Notes: generated by a model not told the origin, from the letters alone. A DNA stretch of 64,000 nt from Chrysomallon squamiferum (GCA_012295275.1 CM022665.1:34038001-34102000); one strand, 5' to 3'. Counted from the stretch's first letter, positions 50,635 to 61,864 are shown. A program made the numbers and translations.

Positions 50635-52388
50635 CTGAAAGACAAATAATTTGACAAGTGACTTATCAAATTATCAAACAGATAATTATAAATAATTATC
50701 TATATTTCACAAGACACCAATATCATACACCATTTCAAACCCATCTGGGATGAACTGGCATGAAACTGCTCATTATCTTAAATTCAGTGGATGGAAATTT
50801 TATTTATATTTTTACTGTATTTATATTTGTACCAAATTTTAATTAATGCCTGAGAAGCTGACCATTAATTTTTATTTTTATCTACTTCATTTGACCTAAA
50901 CTTTACCATTTGTAACTTATCACACTGAACCAGGTGTTAAACTGGATTTTGGGACAGTTTCAGACTCCTGACTCCATTTTGATATCTCATTCGTCTTAAT
51001 ATTAGTTTCAAGGATATGGCTAAATATATCCAGACAAATTGGATGATTTCTTGCATCCCACAATTAACATTGTTAATAAAAGTGCTCCAAAACACACCTT
51101 AGAATTAATGCCTATCAATTTAATAGGTGGATCAAAAAGATAAGGTGATTTGGTTTAATCTGCATCAGTAACAGATATTTCATATATATGTCAAATTAGT
51201 TTAAATTTTTTAACTTTATAGTTCATATTAATTACATAAAAGGAATATCATTTTACTCTTAAGCTTGACATGTTTATAATACTGTAATTTACAGAATATT
51301 TCTATTAATTTTTAGTAAGTGTTTTCTGATGACAGTCTTTTAAAAATATGTGCATGATAAACCTGTTGCATGGTACTGGTTAGAATGGGAAAACCTCACA
51401 GCTCAGTTATGCACTGTGACAACTGATTTACAGTCACACACAGGGTGTGGCAAAAGTAATTTTTTTTTTATCGGTATTTATCATTTTATACTGTATAACT
51501 GTCTATGTATCCTTTAGTTTTATACTATGTGATTTTGTATGTATTTTACAAACAATACTTTTCTAAAAATCTATATACTTTTATTCAACAAAACTAATAA
51601 ATATGGCGTTACTTTCATCACAACCTGTAAGTTTCATAAGCTATTGTTCTGACCTGAGCAATAAAACATTTCAGTCCCAATTCTGAACAGAAAAATGTTG
51701 TGTATTCGCAGCATGTGTGACACTTTAAATGTTTTACTATATGTTTTTCTGTTTTTCTGTTTATTGTATTTAGAATATGTGTGTTTGTGTGTCACAGCAT
51801 GCTGCTACAGAAAATTATAAAACTTTTTTTTCTTAGTTTATTCAAATTTAATTTAAAAAAAATAACAAAACTTCAGTTCTTTTTTTTTTTTCTTTTTTTT
51901 CAAACACTGAAACTTTATTATGAAGTGAAACAAGAAAATGAAATGAAATATTTAAAAGATTTATAATTCATACATAGTGTGACATGCTGTGACACACTGT
52001 GACACACTGAGAATCCTGCTCATTAATCTGCAACTATCTCTGAAACAAAATAACACAGAACATTTTTAATTAATGTAATTTTGTGTCTTCTTTAAAAATA
52101 CACAAAAGCATGCACATACAAGATGCATGTGTGCAAATACAATACAGATAAAACTAAGTTTTAATTCTTTTTCAACTATTTTAAGAATCTAAATTCAGTC
52201 TATGAAAAATGTTAGTAAAATGCTCTGGACATTAAGTTTAACTAATTACATGAAATTTGTTGTATTCCTTTGATTTCCTTAATTGTGTTTTAAAAACCTG
52301 AATCTGGATTAGTTCATCTATGGTGATTTCTTTAAAGATAGTTTTTAATATTTTCTTAAACATAATCTTTTTTATATTATTTTTATTA

Positions 52389-52436
<48 letters not shown>

Positions 52437-52485
52437 TTAAATTTCTCTTTAATATTAAATTTTCCACTTTATAGATAAGATTTAC

Positions 52486-52700
52486 CTTAGGGATATATGT
52501 TGAGTTTAGAACTTCCAGGTTTATTTTTGGTGAACCTTTCTTGGACATTGTGTATCCCCACTGCACTTCAAAACCCTTCACTTCATCACTGAACTGCTGT
52601 TCAGGCATATTGAGGAAGAGTCGGACAGACGGATGAGGGTGTATAGGAACAAGAACAATAATCACACCATTGCCATCTTTGATAATGTGTGGAACATGAA
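52486..52700 (-). CDS. RTK ectodomain exon (FN3-like)
   Basis: HVPHIIKDGNGVIIVLVPIHPHPSVRLFLNMPEQQFSDEVKGFEVQWGYTMSKKGSPKINLEVLNSTYIPK; ttttcag/gtaaat boundaries, phase 1-0. Confidence 0.85.
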
Positions 52701-53074
52701 CTGAAAACAATTAATAAACAACAAATCAAACATAATTTTCTAAATCAGTTCTTTTCAACTTTACCACAAGTATTTATAATGATTATATAAATATATTTAT
52801 AAATTTATGACTATTTATTTTGTTTATTTCTCACAAATTTGCAAGGATAACTGTGATGCACCCATTTTAAAGTAAGAGATGAAAAATGTACATGTCTGTC
52901 ACAGTACAATCCATTTCAAAGACAGCATCTGCTGTTTATATGATAATTAAAGTAAAGTTATCTTAAGCCAGTTGGATAGCAGCAATTGGTTAATTGCAAG
53001 AATGTTAGCTTAACAACCATATCTATGTAACTAATTAAAATGAAATAGTACTGCAAGAAAAGATGGTTACTAAC

Positions 53075-53186
53075 TGTGTGATGAGCTGTCATTGGTCAAA
53101 TTTGGCCAGTCAGCAGGGAGTGGTGGCATACTATTAATAGGAGCCCTCCAGTACTGAATGTCATGTCCTGGTGCTGAAGGCATAAC
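53075..53186 (-). CDS. RTK ectodomain exon
   Basis: VMPSAPGHDIQYWRAPINSMPPLPADWPNLTNDSSSH; ttacag/gttagt boundaries; phase 0-1, which is needed to bridge the flanking exons. Confidence 0.75.
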
Positions 53187-53531
53187 CTGTAAGCAATCTC
53201 TTTATAAAGTACCATTTTCAGAAACAAGTATTATATTATTATATATCTTGTAGAATGGATCTAATAGTTCAATGTTTCAGTTTAATTTATTTATTATGTA
53301 TACTAATTTTGTAGTTTCCATTATAGCTATTATCATAAAATATAATGAGTAAACATTTAATTCTCTCTATTATGAAATATTCATCATCATCATAAGTGTT
53401 AATGTTGTTACTATTGACTGTTTTAATAATAATAATTATTATTATATCAAAAAGTGTTTTAAAAAAAATCTAATTTCCAACTAGTTTCTTTAGATGTTAA
53501 AATCTATTTTAAAATTAAAAACAAATTTTAC

Positions 53532-53594
53532 CTGTATACCATATATATCTGTAGAGTTGACCTTCCCTAACAAAATTTCTGTCCAGAGCTGTGT
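53532..53594 (-). CDS. RTK ectodomain exon
   Basis: TQLWTEILLGKVNSTDIYGIQ; gacag/gtaaaa boundaries, phase 0-0; parallels the ...YGIK exon of the next repeat. Confidence 0.75.
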
Positions 53595-53866
53595 CTGTCA
53601 TTTGAAAAATAAAACAGAATTTATTTTTTAAATAATAATAATAAAATAAAATCTGAAATAATGTTTAAATAAAGTTATATTTTCTTGATAAATATCACTT
53701 AATGATATAACATCCCTACTTAAATGATAATGGATAATTTTTCCTATAATGAAATAATATGCATATGTCTGTGTATTCATATATGTGTATATGCATGTAT
53801 GCTTCTGTCTGTAAGTGTGTGTGTTTGTTGTTGTGAATGTACTGATATCTGTAATTATATACATAC

Positions 53867-54084
53867 TGCTGGTACACTAAATATGTGAGTCTCATACAAA
53901 GAGCCAACTTGTAGGAAGGCATCAAAAGTGTTTTGATTCAACTTTCCCCATCTCACATTATATTTGTCAATGACACCCACTGATCCCAGGTCATTTGGGG
54001 GTTTCCAGCTTAACTGAATGAGAGGTCCTTTTATAGTGGGAATCACACGCAGGTTGATATCTTTAACATTTCCTGGAGGATTGT
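53867..54084 (-). CDS. RTK ectodomain exon, FN3 N-terminal half
   Basis: NPPGNVKDINLRVIPTIKGPLIQLSWKPPNDLGSVGVIDKYNVRWGK...: classic PP..V..L...LSW.PP...Y.V.W FN3 pattern; ttccag/gtatgt boundaries, phase 1-0. Confidence 0.92.
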
Positions 54085-54524
54085 CTGGAATGTCAAACAT
54101 TTTTATTTATTTTATTTTATTTTATTTTATTTTATTATTATTATTTATATATATTTTTTGTTTTGTTTGTTTGTTTGGAGTACTGTCTGAAATGTCAAAC
54201 ATTATTTCATTAAAATTCTATTCTATTTAAATGTTTTATTTATTTATTTATTTATTTGTTGTTGTTGGGTTTTTTTGTGGGGAGGGGTTTGTTGAAGATT
54301 GTCTGAATTGTTAAAATTATTTCTTTTTTTAACATTTTTTCCTGCATTGTCTGAAAGGATAAATATTACTTCAAAAACATTCAATTTCATTTAAGCTTTG
54401 TTTTTTGTTGGTCCTTTTTTTTTTTTCATCTTGAGAATTCTCTAAAATGTCAAACTTTACTGCAGTAAAAATAAATTCTACTATTGTTTTGTGATGGTTT
54501 TCCTAGAAGAAATATGGTCTAAGC

Positions 54525-55225
54525 CAGGGGTCCCCAAACTTTTTAGACCACTGACCTCTTCTTGGAATCCTTGATCCTTCATCAATCCCCAAGCAAGTAC
54601 AAAAAAATAAATTAATAAAAACAATTAAGTAGATGTGTAATTTCCAAGTATATTAGTGGCCTTTTCGCATAACAGGCACACAGGCATTATTCCATAAGTA
54701 AATTAAGGTATGAATCCAAATTCAGATACTCTTATGAACATGGTGCCATCAGATACTCAGCTAAGTTATGCCACAAAACAAATTTTCATTACACACTTGA
54801 AAGTAAAGCTAAGTCTAAACTGAAATGTTTTAAAATGTTACAAAAGTACTTTGCTAATGATGAATATTATACATATAGTTAAAATATATATCAAGTGTTT
54901 TAAAAAATAGAGCATATGAGTAAAGAACATTTCAGTAAATTAATTTATGTGAAAACAGGATATTACAGCAGTCCATTACATTGTGATTCCAACTAATAAT
55001 AAATTATTACAAATGTATTATTATCATTATGTTTCTCTGAAGTTCAAATAGAATATAAAATAAATAAACAAATAAAATTATATATATATAAATTAAAAAT
55101 GTGTAACAGCAATTTATATTTTTTTTTCTTGCATGAATGTCAGTATTCAACCCCAAAGTTTAGTCAACCCCTTTTGACCAAAGGCATTCATCAACCCCTT
55201 GAATAGTCCCATCGACCCACAGTGG
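54525..55225. mobile_element. Probable decayed hAT-family MITE
   Basis: Begins CAGGGGTCCCCAAACTTTTT (typical hAT TIR) after gtctaagc; subterminal tcgacccacag-like motifs near 55150-55225; the matching right TIR was not found, so the right end is approximate. Confidence 0.5.
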
Positions 55226-55572
55226 ATGATATTAAAAGCATAAATTTAAAAAATAAAAGAAGAAAAGAAAAGAAAAGAAAGAAATGAATACAAGAATTAA
55301 TAAACATAAAAAATTAATTGAAATTTTTAAATTTTTAACCTGAAGATTGAGAATGTACACTATTTCCAACCAGAGTATCAAGCATGATATGTGAAATTTC
55401 ATAGCATGTGTTTTGCTGTTTATGTGCAAGTTAATACAAAAGGTATTTTGCTGCTGACTGGTTTTCTTGTGTGTGTGTCTATTGTCAAATGTTTGTTATA
55501 ACAAAAATTTAAAAACAAAATATTGATTCTGATGACGAGCATATATAAAACTTGCACTTTTGCATTACTTAC

Positions 55573-55614
55573 AAATGGGAGGTTTACATGTATAGTTGGC
55601 AATCTTATGACAGT
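55573..55614 (-). CDS. RTK ectodomain small exon (Cys linker)
   Basis: (D)CHKIANYTCKPPI; tttcag/gtaagt boundaries, phase 1-1. Confidence 0.75.
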
Positions 55615-55985
55615 CTGAAAATAAAAAATTAATGAATGTTTTAAAACATTAATTTCTTTTTTTCTTTGATGTTCTGGAAAATACTGATTTCTTAATATTT
55701 TTAAAAATATTAATTGAAATTTAACAGCATATATTTAAAATACATTTTACCATTATTTACTAGAAGATTAAACAGTTAATTAACCCAACTTTACATAATC
55801 ATTTTTTGTTTTAACTCTTCTTTTAGCTTTTGTTTCTCCATCTCTTTACATTCTCTAATTTTGTACTTTATGCAGACATGTGTACACACACAGTTTCAGA
55901 ACATATATACAGACACATATACACACTTACTATTATACTATATTAACTTTAAGATGAAGATATGAAGACTAATTTCTACACTTAC

Positions 55986-56052
55986 CTAGAATAATCTTAA
56001 AAGTGGTCAGTGCGCCACTAATATTAGGATTGCACCTTGAAACCACATCCAT
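55986..56052 (-). CDS. RTK ectodomain exon
   Basis: MDVVSRCNPNISGALTTFKIIL; ttgtag/gtaagt boundaries, phase 0-1. Confidence 0.78.
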
Positions 56053-56246
56053 CTACAATAAAATAATGACAGTAATAATAATATCAATATTTTTTTATTC
56101 TAATTCACAAAATAAATTTTAATACTCAAGCAGTTAGATTTATTTCAGTAAATGTTGATATGGTAGTAAACATTCATAATATATACTGGAAAATAAAAGG
56201 TTTCATATTTATCATCTAAAATGCATAAAAAATATATTCAACTCAC

Positions 56247-56315
56247 CTGTAGGTTAAAAATACAACCAATTCCATTTTCTGGAATTCTAACGGTCATTTG
56301 ATGACTCTTCAAACC
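56247..56315 (-). CDS. RTK ectodomain exon
   Basis: GLKSHQMTVRIPENGIGCIFNLQ; gtacag/gtgagt boundaries, phase 0-0. Confidence 0.78.
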
Positions 56316-56609
56316 CTGTACAAAAAATAATTATAAATAATAATTATATATATATTTATTAAAAAAAGAAGAAGATAATAATAATAACAAAAACAAGCAG
56401 CTCACACTTGAAATACTTACTTTGATCCACATATAATTTGAATGGACATATGGAAGATTTTATAATGATATTCATTGTAAAGTTTAATCAATAAGCAAAA
56501 TGTTCATTATTATTGTTGTTCTTGTTACTGCTATTGTTATTATCATTGTTTTTACTTTTATGGTTCTATTATTTTTTTTAATTTTTTTTTTATTATCATT
56601 ATTATTATT

Positions 56610-56796
56610 TGTTGTATTTAAATGGTGTTATAGTTAACATTGTTACAGTTTACGATGTTTACGGGAACCGGAAGAAGGGATAGTATTATATGAAGTCACC
56701 GGGAGCATGCGTCAGTTTTGTTTGTAGCAATTTTTGAAACGAAATAAATTATTTGGAAATTAAATGAACTTTATGTTTTAATGTTAAAACATAACA
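56610..56796 (+). repeat. 5' LTR (187 bp)
   Basis: Direct repeat of 61292-61478, no differences seen by eye; TG...CA termini; contains AATAAA. Confidence 0.97.
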
Positions 56797-56798
56797 AT

Positions 56799-56816
56799 TG
56801 GCGACGAGGATGGGAT
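56799..56816 (+). other. Primer-binding site complementary to tRNA-Ser(GCU) 3' end
   Basis: TGGCGACGAGGATGGGAT, 2 nt after the 5' LTR; reverse complement ATCCCATCCTCGTCGCCA matches the metazoan tRNA-Ser(GCU) 3' end as I recall it. Confidence 0.88.
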
Positions 56817-56859
56817 AACACTTATTGAACTGTTTCCTGAAATTAACTATTTATGAAAT

Positions 56860-59800
56860 ATGGCTACCTACGGTAAAGTTGAAGAGTTTGATCTAGAAAG
56901 TTCCGATTGGGATGAATACATCGAAAGTTTGGAACAGTATCTGCTGGCGAATAATGTAGACGATGCCGAAAAGAAACGTTCCATTTTGTTGTCCGTATAT
57001 GGTGCCAAGACTTACAGGTTGATTCGAAATCTGACTTCGCCTGAGAAACCGGCAAATAAGACTTACGAACAATTGAAAACTTTGATAGGAAATCATCTCA
57101 AACCAAAACCTTTGGTGATTGCGGAACGGTTCAAATTCTATCAACGGAAACAAGAGCCCGGAGAGACTGTAAGTGAATTTTTGGCTGAATTAAGAAAATT
57201 GACAGAACATTGTGAATTTGGTGCATTCTTGACTGAAGCATTAAGAGACATTTTGGTCTGTGGTCTGTCTGAAAAGTCTATACAGAAAAAACTTCTCTCT
57301 GAACATGACTTATCACTGAGGAAAGCATTGCAAATAGCTGTTAGTATGGAAATGGCAGCTAGAGAAACTGACATGCTGAAAATTGGAATGAAGTCAGAAA
57401 CGGAAAAGTTCCACAAAGTTTCTGTCATTGAATGCTTCCGGTGCGGTAAAACTAATCATCATCCTGATGCATGTTTTTACAAAAAGGCAAACTGTTATAA
57501 GTGTAATGAAACAGGACATTTGAGTAGAAAATGTCGAAATCAAAAGAAAAAAATAGAAAGACAGGAAAGCAAACAGCTGGAAAAAGGAAAAAAGAAATTT
57601 CCAAAGTTGAAAAAGAAAAAGTCTAAACTGAATGTTGTGAATCAAGATTCTGATAGGGACCTTACGGAATCAGAAAGTGGTACCAGTGATTCTGAAATTG
57701 AAAATGCTGAATCTGAAACAGGTTTAAAAATTCATGACGTTCAGGAAGAATCTGGAAGTAACGAAACTGAATCAGAAATTATAAAAGCTGTTCTTGAAAA
57801 TAAAGAGGTTGCAATGGAAAGGAATGAAAGTGATTCTGAACCGTCAATTTTCACAGTGAAATCTACGAAAGTGAAAGAAATTCAAATTTCATTGGAACTC
57901 AATGGTGTGCCTTTCAAAATGGAAGTAGATACAGGTGCTTCTGTATCCATAATTTCTAATAAGGTTTATCAGGAAAAATTGAAGAAAACAGTGCCATTGA
58001 AATCAACATCGATTGTGTTGAAAACTTATACTGATGAAGTGGTGCCAGTTCTTGGGAAAATTGAGGTGACTGTTAAATATGGAAAGCAAAAAAAACTTTT
58101 ACCTTTAATCGTGGTGAAAGGAAATGGACCAACTTTGTTTGGGCGGAATTGGTTCCAAAACATTCAGTTGGACTGGAACAGTATTAAAATTATGAAAGCC
58201 TGTGGAAACTCTGAAGATTTGTTCAGTAGATACTCAGTTTTTTCAAATAAGTTGGGAACATTAAAAGGCATAAGAGCTCATCTGAAAGTGAAAGAGGATG
58301 CTACTCCAAAGTTTTTCAAGGCTAGACCAGTACCTTATGCTTTGAAGGAAAAGATAGCTGATGAACTTCACAGACTTGAAGCAGAAAAAGTAGATTTTTC
58401 TGAATGGGCATCTCCTATTGTACCTGTTTTAAAACCTGACAATACCATTCGCATTTGTGGCGATTACAAGGTCACCATAAATCCTGTGTTGGAAGTGCCT
58501 GAGTACCCTTTGCCCACTGCAGAAGACATTTTCAGCAAACTCAATGGAGGACAAAAGTTCTCCAAACTGGATTTGTCACATGCATACCAGCAAGTGTTGC
58601 TTGATGAAAAGTCGAGGAACTATGTCACAATCAATACTCACCTTGGGCTTTATCGCTATACAAGGTTGCCATTTGGAGTTGCTGCAGCGCCTGCTATTTT
58701 TCAACAAACTATGGACAAAGTGCTTCAAGGGCTAAAAGGGGTAGGTTACATTTTGGATGACATCATAGTCACTGGAAAGGATGACACCGAACACTTGAAA
58801 CATTTGAAAAAGACTTTGAAACGCCTAGAAAAATATGGAATTCAACTGAAAAGGTCAAAATGTGCATTGATGAAAGATGAAGTTGAGTACTTTGCATTTA
58901 TTGTGAACAAAAATGGGATTCAACCTTCTGAAAGAAAAGTTGAAGCTATTCTGAAAGTGCCTGAACCTAAGAACAAGAGTGAGTTGCAATCTTGGTTAGG
59001 TATTGTGAATTACTATCGCAAGTTTGTACCCAACATGTCAACAGTGGTGGCACCGCTAACAGCATTGTTATCCAAAGATACAGAGTGGAAATGGAGTGAT
59101 GATTGTCAGCAAGCATTTTCCAAAGTGGGAAAATTGTTAGCATCATCTAAAATTCTTGTCCACTATGACCCAATGAAACCAGTAATGTTGGCAGTAGATG
59201 CATCTGCGCATGGTCTTGGAGCGGTAATATCACATGGAAATGAAGGATCAGATAGGCCAATAGCATACGCTTCTAGAACTCTGACATCAGCAGAACGCAA
59301 GTATTCCCAAATTGAGAAAGAAGCACTGGCAATAATTTTTGGAATACACAAGTTCCATCAGTACCTGTATGGTAGAAGATTTACTTTGTTCACAGATCTT
59401 AAACCACTGACAATGATTCTTGGACCTAAAAAGAATATTCCAGTTCTGACAGCATCTCGACTACAGCGTTGGGCTATTCAGTTAGCCGCATATCAGTTTG
59501 ACATTAAATACAGAAAAACTACCAAAAATGGAAATGCTGATGCACTGTCCCGACTACCACTTCTGCAAACTGAAGAAATATCTGAAAGTGTGTTTTGGCA
59601 TGAAGACAAGCAAGCAATGAGAAATCAAGTCAATGGATTACCTATCACTGCAAGACATATTGCTAAAGCAACTGCAGTTGACAAAGTATTATCTCGGGTT
59701 GTACATTATAACATGTATGGATGGCCAGAAGAGTCTTCTATTTCACCGGAGCTGTTACCTTATTTCAGAGTGAAAGATGAATTAACCGTGGAGGAACACG

Positions 59801-60600
59801 GTCTTCTCAGAGGAATGCGAGTGATTATTCCCGATAAATATCGAACAGATATTCTGTATTATCTTCATGAAAATCATCCTGGAATTGTGCGAATGAAATC
59901 TTTGGCTAGATTGCATGTGTGGTGGCCTCATATGGATATTGACATAGAAAAGAACGTTAGCAAGTGTAAGTGTTGCCACCTACAACAAACAGACATGCCA
60001 AAAAGTACAGCTAATGCATGGATTTGGCCCACCAAACCATGGCAAAGAATACATGTTGATTTTGCTGGACCATTTATGAAAGAAATGTTCATGATTGTGG
60101 TGGATGCACATTCTAAATGGATGGAAGTTTTTCGAATGTCCAGTACCAGAGCAACGCATGCAGTAGAGACATTGAGAAATCTCTTTGCAAGTTATGGAAT
60201 GCCAGAGCAGTTGATTTCTGATAATGGACCTCAGTTTGTTGCAGAGGAATTTGAAACATTTCTTAAGAAAAATGGAGTGAAACACATCAAATCAGCTCCA
60301 TACCATCCAAGTTCAAATGGTGAGGCAGAAAGAGCTGTTCGTACTTTCAAAACTGCAATGAAAACAGTTGAACACGAGTCACGAACCATGAACCAGAAGA
60401 TTTCATCATTCTTGTTTGCGTATCGGAACACTCCACACTGTACCACAAAATGTACTCCATCAGAATTGTTTCTTGGCAGACGTGTTCGAACGAGATTGGA
60501 TATTTTGCGTCCAAGTTTGGAGAACTCTGTGTTAAAAAAAGAACTATTCCAAAAGCAAGTAAAACACGGGTGTTCAATGTTGGAGATTCAGTACAAGTGA
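56860..60600 (+). CDS. Gag-Pol polyprotein (1246 aa), integrase C-terminus frameshifted
   Basis: Two CX2CX4HX4C knuckles (CFRCGKTNHHPDAC, CYKCNETGHLSRKC); protease VDTGAS; RT (RICGDY, LDLSHAYQQ, LPFG, ILDD); RNase H (VDAS, EKEALA); integrase HHCC and D-D-E (HVDFAGP, SDNGPQF, AERAV). Confidence 0.95.
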   Translation: MATYGKVEEFDLESSDWDEYIESLEQYLLANNVDDAEKKRSILLSVYGAKTYRLIRNLTSPEKPANKTYEQLKTLIGNHLKPKPLVIAERFKFYQRKQEPGETVSEFLAELRKLTEHCEFGAFLTEALRDILVCGLSEKSIQKKLLSEHDLSLRKALQIAVSMEMAARETDMLKIGMKSETEKFHKVSVIECFRCGKTNHHPDACFYKKANCYKCNETGHLSRKCRNQKKKIERQESKQLEKGKKKFPKLKKKKSKLNVVNQDSDRDLTESESGTSDSEIENAESETGLKIHDVQEESGSNETESEIIKAVLENKEVAMERNESDSEPSIFTVKSTKVKEIQISLELNGVPFKMEVDTGASVSIISNKVYQEKLKKTVPLKSTSIVLKTYTDEVVPVLGKIEVTVKYGKQKKLLPLIVVKGNGPTLFGRNWFQNIQLDWNSIKIMKACGNSEDLFSRYSVFSNKLGTLKGIRAHLKVKEDATPKFFKARPVPYALKEKIADELHRLEAEKVDFSEWASPIVPVLKPDNTIRICGDYKVTINPVLEVPEYPLPTAEDIFSKLNGGQKFSKLDLSHAYQQVLLDEKSRNYVTINTHLGLYRYTRLPFGVAAAPAIFQQTMDKVLQGLKGVGYILDDIIVTGKDDTEHLKHLKKTLKRLEKYGIQLKRSKCALMKDEVEYFAFIVNKNGIQPSERKVEAILKVPEPKNKSELQSWLGIVNYYRKFVPNMSTVVAPLTALLSKDTEWKWSDDCQQAFSKVGKLLASSKILVHYDPMKPVMLAVDASAHGLGAVISHGNEGSDRPIAYASRTLTSAERKYSQIEKEALAIIFGIHKFHQYLYGRRFTLFTDLKPLTMILGPKKNIPVLTASRLQRWAIQLAAYQFDIKYRKTTKNGNADALSRLPLLQTEEISESVFWHEDKQAMRNQVNGLPITARHIAKATAVDKVLSRVVHYNMYGWPEESSISPELLPYFRVKDELTVEEHGLLRGMRVIIPDKYRTDILYYLHENHPGIVRMKSLARLHVWWPHMDIDIEKNVSKCKCCHLQQTDMPKSTANAWIWPTKPWQRIHVDFAGPFMKEMFMIVVDAHSKWMEVFRMSSTRATHAVETLRNLFASYGMPEQLISDNGPQFVAEEFETFLKKNGVKHIKSAPYHPSSNGEAERAVRTFKTAMKTVEHESRTMNQKISSFLFAYRNTPHCTTKCTPSELFLGRRVRTRLDILRPSLENSVLKKELFQKQVKHGCSMLEIQYK

Positions 60601-60987
60601 GGAACTACAGAGGATCTGACAAGTGGTTGAGTGGAAAAGTATTGTGTCAGCTAGGGCCTGTTACCTTATGAGTGAAAGTTGGAGATTTTGTGTGTAAAAG
60701 ACATGTGGATCAACTTCGTAAATGTGTGCATTTGGAGGATAATAGGAACCCGTTCCCAGAACTGTCTGCAATTGGTACGGAGTCTGAAATGGAATTTGTT
60801 GAACCAACTTTTCAGGTGGAAGAGACTGAGATCGAAAATAGAACGGTTACTTCTAATGCTGTAGAGGATGCTTCTAGTGCCATCGACGGTACCGCAACTA
60901 CCAATACCGTCTACCCCAAGATATCCTAGACGTGCTCAAAAAACACCTCAAAGACTGATAGAAACTATTTTAAGTGATTTAATCTGA
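60541..60987 (+). pseudogene. Disrupted integrase C-terminal (GPY/F-like) module
   Basis: The -1 frame after the A7 run (60534-60540) reads RVFNVGDSVQVRNYRGSDKWLSGKVLCQLGPVT, then TGA (60669-60671), then VKVGDFVCKRHVDQLR; the terminal RYPRRAQKTPQRL is in yet another frame. Confidence 0.8.
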
Positions 60988-61278
60988 ATATGTGTAATAC
61001 GGAATTCATTGAAAGATTGTAGAATTAGTGTTATTTTTTTTTATTATATATTTTTGTTTTAAGAATAATATTTGTGATTTGAAGTTCCATATGTGACCAA
61101 TGAACATACTTGATAAACTGTAATTGAACTATTATGGTGTCCAAAAAAAAAAAAAAAAAAAAAAGTTGATTTTTTTTAAGTTCAAAGTTCCATTGTTTAA
61201 TTATTACTAATGAGTAAATCACACAAATTTATTTTAGAAATTTACATATAACATAATTTGTGGGTAAATTGAAAATTT

Positions 61279-61291
61279 GGAGGGGAGGAAG
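61279..61291 (+). other. Polypurine tract
   Basis: GGAGGGGAGGAAG abutting the 3' LTR. Confidence 0.92.
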
Positions 61292-61478
61292 TGTTGTATT
61301 TAAATGGTGTTATAGTTAACATTGTTACAGTTTACGATGTTTACGGGAACCGGAAGAAGGGATAGTATTATATGAAGTCACCGGGAGCATGCGTCAGTTT
61401 TGTTTGTAGCAATTTTTGAAACGAAATAAATTATTTGGAAATTAAATGAACTTTATGTTTTAATGTTAAAACATAACA
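61292..61478 (+). repeat. 3' LTR (187 bp)
   Basis: Direct repeat of 56610-56796, immediately preceded by a purine tract. Confidence 0.97.
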
Positions 61479-61493
61479 TTATTATTATCTTAC

Positions 61494-61582
61494 CTTAGAT
61501 TTTTCAAAAAATACTTCAGCTTGTGGACATGTTGAAGGTCCTTTTCTCCATCGATACAGCAATATATCGCTTGACCTCCAAC
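61494..61582 (-). CDS. RTK ectodomain exon
   Basis: WRSSDILLYRWRKGPSTCPQAEVFFEKSK; gtttag/gtaaga boundaries, phase 1-0. Confidence 0.8.
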
Positions 61583-61659
61583 CTAAACAATGTAAAATTG
61601 TTTATTTCTCTGACATAAAATATAGCTTTATGTATTTACAAAATTAGTTATAGTGATAG

Positions 61660-61820
61660 ACTGAAGTAGTTAAAGTAGATGTAGTGGTAATAGTCAAAAT
61701 AATAGTAGCAGTAGAAGTAGTATAGTAGTAGTTGTAATAGCAGCAGTAGTAGTAATAGTAGTAGTAGTAGTAGTATTTGCAGTAACAGCAGTAGAAGTAG
61801 CAGTAATAGCAGTAGTAAAA
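61660..61820. repeat. Degenerate (GTA/GCA)n trinucleotide tract
   Basis: Direct inspection; explains the spurious poly-Tyr ORF at 61644-61838. Confidence 0.85.
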
Positions 61821-61864
61821 GTAATTTGTTAGTATCACTACAAAGAGAGTTTAATTTAACAGAC

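Larger units (their letters stand above)
56610..61478 (+). mobile_element. Full-length Ty3/Gypsy LTR retrotransposon (Mag-like), antisense within an RTK intron
   Basis: Two 187-bp TGTT...AACA LTRs, PBS, PPT, single gag-pol ORF in PR-RT-RH-IN order; flanked by TTATT on both sides (56605-56609, 61479-61483; inside a TTA microsatellite, so TSD length is ambiguous). Confidence 0.97.

Noticed and set aside
51441-51460. CAGGGTGTGGCAAAAG, resembling a Tc1/mariner TIR
   Set aside because: No TA TSD and no partner TIR found.
55340-55415. Exon-like block QNTCYEISHIML... on minus
   Set aside because: Open only in phase 0-1 while the preceding exon ends in phase 1; weak acceptor and donor; the model is complete without it.
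56415-56500. GTAAGT donor on minus at 56420
   Set aside because: No usable acceptor upstream, and flanking exons already join in phase.
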